From an uncultured Chloroflexota bacterium (GTDB lineage Bacteria > Chloroflexota > UBA11872 > VXNJ01): a DNA stretch of 64,000 nucleotides. The stretch spans positions 226 through 64,225 of the forward strand of contig CAJWLF010000014.1 in NCBI GenBank assembly GCA_913043205.1. The letters are read 5' to 3'. The notes beneath the pieces are model-generated. The model saw nothing but the letters and a program-made list of their open reading frames with translations, did no database searches and was not told the DNA's origin. A program made the position numbers and the translations under genes. Below, piece by piece: positions 57,692 through 64,000 of the stretch; the stretch's first letter is position 1, and every line of letters starts with the position of its first letter.

Positions 57692-58918
57692 TTAATCAAT
57701 ACGTATTCGCCCATCTTTATCCAGAATGGACAAATTACTTGTTTTGAACAAGTCTGTATATTTCAGTGCGTTACCAGTACTAAGCAAAACCACTTTGTCG
57801 TCAGGCGATATCTGACGGTCGCTCATTAGCTTGGGCAAAGCAGCAAACATTGCTCCGGCTTCAGGGGCCACGAATACACCTTCAGTACTGGCTACAAGTT
57901 TCGTCATTTCAATTGTGTCCTCATCAGAAACTGCTATAGCATTGCCTTCGGTGGATCGAATGATCCGTAACAATAAACGATCAGCAAATGGCTTTGGTAC
58001 GCGCAAACCAGAAGATACTGTGCTGGCATCGATAATTGCTTCACACCCCTCTACACCCAGTTCAATGGAAGATACGACCGGCGCACAACCTTTAGCCTGT
58101 ACAGCTATCAGTTTCGGACGGTGACCGTTTATCCATCCCAACTGTTCAAGCTCGTCAAAAGCCTTCCATAATCCTATCATCCCTACGCCACCACCAGTTG
58201 GATAAAGAATCACATCCGGCAATTGCCAGTCGAATTGTTCCGCTATCTCAAAACCCATCGTCTTTTTACCCTCCACTCTATAGGGCTCTTTCAGTGTAGA
58301 AACTTCATACCATCCAAATTCCGAACAGGCCGCTCCAACAATAGTTCCCGCATCAGATATCAGGCCATCTACCAGATGGAGTTTTGCTCCACAGGCCGAA
58401 ACCTCTCTCATGTTTACTACTGGGGTGTCATCAGGCATTACTACATGCAATTCCAGGCCAGCCCGAGCACAATATGCAGCCCATGCGCTACCAGCATTAC
58501 CAGCAGTCGGCATCGCTAGTGTCTTTTCACCTAACTCCAACGCTCTGGCCACTCCTACCGCCGCCCCTCGTGCCTTAAAAGTCCCAGTTGGATTCAAACC
58601 CTCGTCTTTAATCCATAAGTGATGCAACCCAATCTGATCAGCATAGGTAGGAATCTCATATATAGAAGTTCCTCCCTCACCTAATGTGATTCTATTCATT
58701 GGATCTCTAATGGGAAGAATTTCAGCGTAACGCCATAAATCAGGAGACCTATCTTTCCAGTCAGATGGCTGCAAGTAATTTCCCAACTGACTTAAATCAT
58801 ACCGAGCCAATAGAGAAGAATTACATTCGGGGCATAAATTGGCACGGGTGTCAGCATCGACAGAACAATCGCACTCTGCACACTCCAAATGAGATAAGTA
58901 ACTTTTAATAACTTGCAA
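57692..58918 (-). CDS. thrC: Threonine synthase (PLP-dependent, with an N-terminal zinc ribbon)
   Basis: PLP-lysine motif TGTFKARG and an N-terminal CxxC...CxxC. Confidence 0.85.
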   Translation of the reverse strand: MQVIKSYLSHLECAECDCSVDADTRANLCPECNSSLLARYDLSQLGNYLQPSDWKDRSPDLWRYAEILPIRDPMNRITLGEGGTSIYEIPTYADQIGLHHLWIKDEGLNPTGTFKARGAAVGVARALELGEKTLAMPTAGNAGSAWAAYCARAGLELHVVMPDDTPVVNMREVSACGAKLHLVDGLISDAGTIVGAACSEFGWYEVSTLKEPYRVEGKKTMGFEIAEQFDWQLPDVILYPTGGGVGMIGLWKAFDELEQLGWINGHRPKLIAVQAKGCAPVVSSIELGVEGCEAIIDASTVSSGLRVPKPFADRLLLRIIRSTEGNAIAVSDEDTIEMTKLVASTEGVFVAPEAGAMFAALPKLMSDRQISPDDKVVLLSTGNALKYTDLFKTSNLSILDKDGRIRID

Positions 58919-59089
58919 TACTTGACCTTTCGAGATTAGGTTATGTAAACCGCAGTCTAATGTTGCTACCCGTCAACTCAATAATCCACTTCAGCAACAA
59001 TCCAACGCTATCATCATAACAATCGTGAATTGTTGGCACGGCTTCCAATAGGATAAAATCCCGACAACCGCTAGAGAGGATTATTAAGT

Positions 59090-59977
59090 GTGGGCCCGAG
59101 AGAGAGCGGTTCAACTGTGACTAATTTGCATAATACCAAAGCTCGTGTTTTACCTAGAGCTCTACTATTTGTCAGCGGATTTTCATTGGTTTTTGCGTTA
59201 GCAGGTACATCTGCTGGCCTAGCTGGGCGTCTACTACAAGATGCACAAACCTGGATCAATCCCTTAGCTGGCATACTATTATTATTGTTAGGTATACACA
59301 CCACTGGAATACCCAGAATTATAGCCCTGCGATTAGCAAAACAGGCAGGAACCAATAAGCGCAATTTCATAGCCATATTGTTTATCGGCTCTGTACAGGC
59401 TCTTTATCGAAACGTCCAAGTTGAATACCGTATTCGGAGATACAATCCTATCTCTTCCGTTGTTGTAGGCATAGCCTTTGCATTGAGCTGGACGCCATGT
59501 GTAGGATTCATTCTCGGCGGTATATTGACAGCAGCTTTCAATGCGAACAATTCACTCACTGCATTTTTTCTCTTGTTATCCTATTCTTTAGGCTTGGGAG
59601 TACCGTTTGTAATACTTGCTGTGTTGGTGGATCGCACTGAACATATAGTACGAAAGCTTAGTCGACACTCCCAAGTCATAAGCATAGCAAGTGGGGTCAT
59701 ACTTGCGAGTTTCGGAGCGATGGTTTTAGCGGACTCAACAGAACAACTCGCTAGATTTCTTGGAACACTTCCATTAATAGACGACTCATTTCTTGCCCAA
59801 CAAAGGGAAAGTGGGCTGGGGATAGGCTGGGTAATACCCTCATTTATAGCTGGTACTATTTCATTCCTATCACCATGTGTGTTGCCATTAGTGCCTGTCT
59901 ATTTAGCCCATTTAGCGGGCTCCATAATCAACAATGATCACAACAAGGTTCCTATGTCCAAGCAACTAAATACATAG
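59090..59977 (+). CDS. ccdA: CcdA/DsbD-family cytochrome c biogenesis thiol-disulfide transporter, with the Cys-motif order apparently permuted
   Basis: WTPCVGFILGGIL mid-protein and SFLSPCVLPLVPVYLAHLAG near the C-terminus. Canonical CcdA has the SPC motif first. GTG start. Confidence 0.65.
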   Translation: MGPRESGSTVTNLHNTKARVLPRALLFVSGFSLVFALAGTSAGLAGRLLQDAQTWINPLAGILLLLLGIHTTGIPRIIALRLAKQAGTNKRNFIAILFIGSVQALYRNVQVEYRIRRYNPISSVVVGIAFALSWTPCVGFILGGILTAAFNANNSLTAFFLLLSYSLGLGVPFVILAVLVDRTEHIVRKLSRHSQVISIASGVILASFGAMVLADSTEQLARFLGTLPLIDDSFLAQQRESGLGIGWVIPSFIAGTISFLSPCVLPLVPVYLAHLAGSIINNDHNKVPMSKQLNT

Positions 59978-60072
59978 GTAAAATAGAATATTAAACGAAC
60001 TTTGCCGTTAGAGTATTGGAAAGGCGAGCCCACGGACAGGCTCATAGATTATTGCTGTGGAGGATAGTTTAG

Positions 60073-61170
60073 TTGAGCGAATCGCTAGAAGATCTGAGAA
60101 ATGAAATAGATCAAGTCGACCATCAGATCGTTGAAGCTCTGAATAGCCGAGCACAACTATCTCAGCGTGTTGGACAATTCAAATCTGATAATGGAGATCC
60201 TGTTTTTGCTCCATCTAGAGAGGCAGGTGTGATCAAGCGCGCCATTGAGCTTAGTGATGGAACACTGCCTGATGACGTCATTGCAGACATATTTCGAAAG
60301 ATTATGGCTTCAAGCAGGGCTCTCCAGCGACTGATGCGGGTAGCTTATCTCGGCCCAGAACTAAGTTTCAGCCATAAGGCAGCAGGAGATATGTTCGATC
60401 AGGGGGGCGAGTATATGGCTGCCCGATCCATATCTGAAATATTTCGCCTTACCAGAAGTGGAGATGTTGAATACGGGGTGGTACCCATTGAAAACACCAT
60501 TGGTGGCACAGTCGGTGACTCGATAGACTCATTCGTAGAGGGCAACGTCGTAATAATTTCGGAGTTTTCCCTTCAGATTATCCATAACTTGATGTCGCAC
60601 TCAGATATAACCAATATACATACTGTGTACTCACACCCTCAAGCACTGGCACAGTGCAACGATTGGTTAAGCAAAAACTTACCTACTGCGCAGCGAGTCG
60701 AAGTAGCAAGTACATCGGCTGCCGCCATTAAGGCCGCCAATGAAGCCGGATCGGCAGCAATAGGTCTGGATACGGCTGCCAAGTCAAACAGTCTTAAGCT
60801 GATCAGACGAGGCATACAAGACGTAGACGAAAACTACACCCGATTCTTCCTAATTGGGCGCCAGCCAAACCCTCCTAGTGGAGATGATCAAACTGCAATA
60901 TGTTTTGCTGTAGCCGATCGTATCGGTGCACTTCACGACGTACTTGGGATAATGCGAAACCACCACATAAGCCTATCTAATATGCAATCCCGGCCAGCGC
61001 GTGGGCGCTCACAGGAACAAGCAGGAGATTATGTCTTTTATGCGGAATTTCCTGGACACGAAAAAGACAATGATATCGCGGACGCACTCAATCAAGTAAA
61101 GTCTTTGTGTACCATGACCAAGGTCCTAGGATCATGGCCTATCGATCGTTCACTGAATTCAATGCGATGA
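60073..61170 (+). CDS. pheA: Bifunctional chorismate mutase / prephenate dehydratase (P-protein) with a C-terminal ACT domain
   Basis: CM helix (LRNEIDQVDHQIVEALNSRAQLSQRVGQFK), PDT domain (VAYLGPELSFSHKAA) and ACT domain. Confidence 0.9.
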   Translation: MSESLEDLRNEIDQVDHQIVEALNSRAQLSQRVGQFKSDNGDPVFAPSREAGVIKRAIELSDGTLPDDVIADIFRKIMASSRALQRLMRVAYLGPELSFSHKAAGDMFDQGGEYMAARSISEIFRLTRSGDVEYGVVPIENTIGGTVGDSIDSFVEGNVVIISEFSLQIIHNLMSHSDITNIHTVYSHPQALAQCNDWLSKNLPTAQRVEVASTSAAAIKAANEAGSAAIGLDTAAKSNSLKLIRRGIQDVDENYTRFFLIGRQPNPPSGDDQTAICFAVADRIGALHDVLGIMRNHHISLSNMQSRPARGRSQEQAGDYVFYAEFPGHEKDNDIADALNQVKSLCTMTKVLGSWPIDRSLNSMR

Positions 61171-61216
61171 AACGACAAGTAATAGATCAAATCAAATCAC
61201 TCATAACCAGATCTCC

Positions 61217-61477
61217 GTGAAAATACTAATCGTATCCAGCCTAGTGTTGGCATTTGGGTTTATTGTTCATTCAGGATTTCGCCGCAGGTTATTGTGGTCG
61301 TTAAAGGTTACGGCGACAATATATGCGTTTTTCTTCGGACTACGCCTTGTCATTTTTCCATTATTCAGTTGGGACCCCGACGCATATTTAGCAGTTGGAA
61401 TCATATCTCTAGTGTGCGTATTGATATGGATAGGCTTGAAATGGCTCGTCGATAACAACTTGGCCTCAAAAAGATAG
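61217..61477 (+). CDS. Small hypothetical membrane protein
   Basis: 86 aa with three hydrophobic segments. Confidence 0.3.
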   Translation: MKILIVSSLVLAFGFIVHSGFRRRLLWSLKVTATIYAFFFGLRLVIFPLFSWDPDAYLAVGIISLVCVLIWIGLKWLVDNNLASKR

Positions 61478-61512
61478 CAATACTGTCTTAAATTCGTGAA
61501 TGGAGTTCACAT

Positions 61513-62682
61513 ATGGGATGGTCCGTCGTACGTCCGACAGGATTAACGCATCATCGCAAGGAATATTCGATCAAAGGATACACTCTTATTACTCCGTTAG
61601 CCGGTTACGCCACATATTTGCTTGATATGCAAGGCCATATTGTCCACGAATGGAAACATAATTTCATTCTACCCCTATTCGCCAAACTACTGCCGAATGG
61701 CAATTTGATGGTAATCGGTACACATAAATCACTTTCACCACCACACCAACCTTCGTCCGAAAGAACCTCACATTCCCTCGGGAATCATGTACGTCAACTT
61801 GGAGGCGCAGCCTCTACATTACAAGAATTAGATTGGGATGGAAATCTGATCTGGAGCTATGACAACCCATTCATACATCACGATTTTTGCCGACTAGATA
61901 ACGGTAATACTCTGATCCCAGAATGGGTTGCGCTGCCTGATGAGATAAGCCACAAAGTTAAAGGAGGAAGAAAGCGCCCAAGAAAACAGATTCCGCCTAT
62001 GCTCGGCGATGACATTATAGAAGTGGACATGACTGGAAACACGATCTCCCGTTGGGAAACATGGAAATTGTTTGACCCCAGAAAAGACCCTATCTGTCCT
62101 CTCGAAAGTCGCTCAGAATGGACCCATCTAAACAGTGTTGATCAACAAAGCAACGGTGACATAGTGATTTCCTGCAGAATTAATCACAGAATCGCAATAA
62201 TTGATCGTCAATCAAAGCAATTCATATGGAAATATGGTGAAGGGATCTTAGGGCATCAGCATCATGCAACAGCACTAGCAAATGGAAATGTCCAGGTATT
62301 CGATAACGGCCTCCATACGCATGATCTTCCCACTTCTAGGGTCATAGAAATTAACCCTCGAACTAACGATATCGAATGGCAATATAATGCTGTTCCAAAA
62401 ACGCAGTTTTTCAGCGCACATTTATCAGGAGTTCAGAGGCTGGCACACGGTAATGTCCTTATATGTGAAGGTACAGGAGGAAGAATCTTAGAGATATCGC
62501 ATACTGGTGATCCCGTATGGGAGTGGATAAGTCCTTTCCTGCATGAAATGCCGAACTATGGAGTGATTAACTGGCTATACCGAGCATATAGATATAATTT
62601 GGATCATCCAGCATTTTCTGACAAATGTTTGGAAGGCCAGGCTTATGGGAACCTTAATAGAGAATACGGGTTGTCTAAATAG
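61513..62682 (+). CDS. Arylsulfotransferase (ASST) family beta-propeller protein
   Basis: Repeated ...HHD/HLNS...NG... blades typical of the aryl-sulfate sulfotransferase family. Confidence 0.6.
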   Translation: MGWSVVRPTGLTHHRKEYSIKGYTLITPLAGYATYLLDMQGHIVHEWKHNFILPLFAKLLPNGNLMVIGTHKSLSPPHQPSSERTSHSLGNHVRQLGGAASTLQELDWDGNLIWSYDNPFIHHDFCRLDNGNTLIPEWVALPDEISHKVKGGRKRPRKQIPPMLGDDIIEVDMTGNTISRWETWKLFDPRKDPICPLESRSEWTHLNSVDQQSNGDIVISCRINHRIAIIDRQSKQFIWKYGEGILGHQHHATALANGNVQVFDNGLHTHDLPTSRVIEINPRTNDIEWQYNAVPKTQFFSAHLSGVQRLAHGNVLICEGTGGRILEISHTGDPVWEWISPFLHEMPNYGVINWLYRAYRYNLDHPAFSDKCLEGQAYGNLNREYGLSK

Positions 62683-62720
62683 GCATAAACAACAAAACAA
62701 ATTGGATTAATGGAGCAATA

Positions 62721-63521
62721 ATGGTAAAAGCTGCCGATACCAATCACCCGAGTGACTCGAGAACAACACTGAGAGATCGCCTGCATGCTGGCGAAACAGT
62801 TGTTGGTCCATTTCTTTCACTACCAAGCCCGGATTTGGTGGAAATATTGAAGATCGCAGGTATGGATTTCTGCGTCATCGATACAGAACATGGGATGTAC
62901 GGGGAGGAAACATCCATCAACCTTGTGAGAGCTGCAGATGCTAAGGGACTACATTCTGTGATCAGAGTACCAGAGGTAAACTCACCACTTATCACTAAGG
63001 CCTTGGACACTGGTGCTGACGCAGTTATGGTTCCACAAATAGGATCCGTTCTGGATGCAGAACAGGCAGTTGCAGCAGCCCGGTTCCATCCAGAGGGCAC
63101 ACGAGGTGTCATGCCACATACCAGAAACGCTCAGTACTCATCCCACGAATGGCCAGATTACTATGCCTACTCAAATAAAAAGGCTGCCGTTATCTTGCAA
63201 ATCGAAGGAGCCGAGGGATTAAGATCCCTGCCAGAATTAGTCGAAGTCCAAGGAGTTGACTGTTTCTTTCTAGGAGTAATGGATCTTTCACAGTCTGTCG
63301 GAGTACCAGGCCAACCTAATCACCCTCTGGTCATAGAAAAGATTTCAGAAACCGTAGCACTGTGCAAGAAAAATAGTCGCTCAGTAGGTATTTATACATT
63401 CACGCCAGAATCAGCTAAGAACTGGGTGGATATGGGAATCCAGTTTATTGGGTATGATACAGACGCCGGTAGTATCTTGAACGCATTTCGCAATATCAGA
63501 AAGTCACTATATTTCATATAG
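62721..63521 (+). CDS. HpcH/HpaI aldolase / citrate lyase beta-subunit family
   Basis: VVGPFLSLPSPDLVEILKIAGMDFCVIDTEHG and downstream catalytic R/E/D residues. Confidence 0.85.
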   Translation: MVKAADTNHPSDSRTTLRDRLHAGETVVGPFLSLPSPDLVEILKIAGMDFCVIDTEHGMYGEETSINLVRAADAKGLHSVIRVPEVNSPLITKALDTGADAVMVPQIGSVLDAEQAVAAARFHPEGTRGVMPHTRNAQYSSHEWPDYYAYSNKKAAVILQIEGAEGLRSLPELVEVQGVDCFFLGVMDLSQSVGVPGQPNHPLVIEKISETVALCKKNSRSVGIYTFTPESAKNWVDMGIQFIGYDTDAGSILNAFRNIRKSLYFI

Positions 63522-63560
63522 CATAATGACGTACCAAAAACACTGTCTCCACAGTTGATA

Positions 63561-64000
63561 CTAGTATCCCGCGTCCAGGTCGACTAAATTAAGAAGAGTT
63601 TGTTTGTTCGCATATCTGCGCAAATTTTCAATAAACAAATCTGCCAGACGCCGGCCTCGCTCAGGGCTATTCCCTCCCAAATGCGGAGTAATGACGACGT
63701 TAGAACGGTCCCATAAAGGATGGTCACTCATAAGCGGCTCCTCCTCCACTACGTCCAAGCCGACTCCAAAAAATCTGTCAGAGTCTAATGCTCGAATAAG
63801 AGCTTCTGTATCGGTTAACCCTCCTCGGGAAACACTAATAAACACAGATCCATTTCGCATCATGGCAAAAGTATCATCGTTCATCATATGGCGAGTAGCT
63901 CTGGTTAAAGGGGCGGCTATGAAAACCGCATCAGATTGCCCCAATAACCATGGCAACTCGGATACAGGACGAATCTCGTCCACATACTCAGACCTAATAT
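63561..64000 (-). CDS. D-isomer-specific 2-hydroxyacid dehydrogenase. Only the C-terminal part is present and the N-terminus lies beyond the window end.
   Basis: VSRGGLTDTEALIRAL...GLDVVEEEP...ITPHLGG is the 2-HADH catalytic C-terminal region. The ORF is open to the window edge. Confidence 0.7.
   Translation of the reverse strand, partial: IRSEYVDEIRPVSELPWLLGQSDAVFIAAPLTRATRHMMNDDTFAMMRNGSVFISVSRGGLTDTEALIRALDSDRFFGVGLDVVEEEPLMSDHPLWDRSNVVITPHLGGNSPERGRRLADLFIENLRRYANKQTLLNLVDLDAGY

Overview
This 64 kb window is bacterial chromosome with densely packed, mostly housekeeping genes. They include pdxA, panB, murE with a FemAB-family gene, ubiE, a polyprenyl synthase, tatD, metG, a NitT/TauT-type ABC transporter, pepF, rsmI, nadE, argS, groEL, thrC, pheA, two tRNA-Ser genes, and several hydrolases and oxidoreductases. 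FemAB, a DarA-like c-di-AMP receptor and a CcdA-like gene hint at a monoderm-type lineage, but that is only an inference. The main accessory feature is an integrative island of about 11.5 kb (about 6045..17635) inserted into a selenocysteine tRNA gene (tRNA-Sec, anticodon UCA, minus strand 17566..17662). It is bounded by a near-perfect 142 bp direct repeat that duplicates the 3' part of the tRNA. The island encodes a tyrosine integrase and a CGNR-like zinc-finger protein translationally coupled to it. It also encodes an XRE repressor, an excisionase-like HTH protein, a split zinc-finger/Toprim primase and an SSB. Its cargo comprises two adjacent PD-(D/E)xK-like nuclease genes (a candidate uncharacterised defence pair), a membrane double-zinc-ribbon protein, a lipoprotein trypsin-like protease and a PhyH dioxygenase. 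The cargo genes are punctuated by a recurring ~70 bp intergenic module containing the palindrome GGGTATACCC, and an inverted TGTGACA iteron array sits beside the primase. A paralogue of the CGNR-like protein lies outside the island. Other oddities are a split nadE, a CIRCE-like inverted repeat upstream of a groES-less groEL, an apparently circularly permuted CcdA, and an uncharacterised overlapping gene pair at 48.5-51.3 kb. No CRISPR array or rRNA gene is present.
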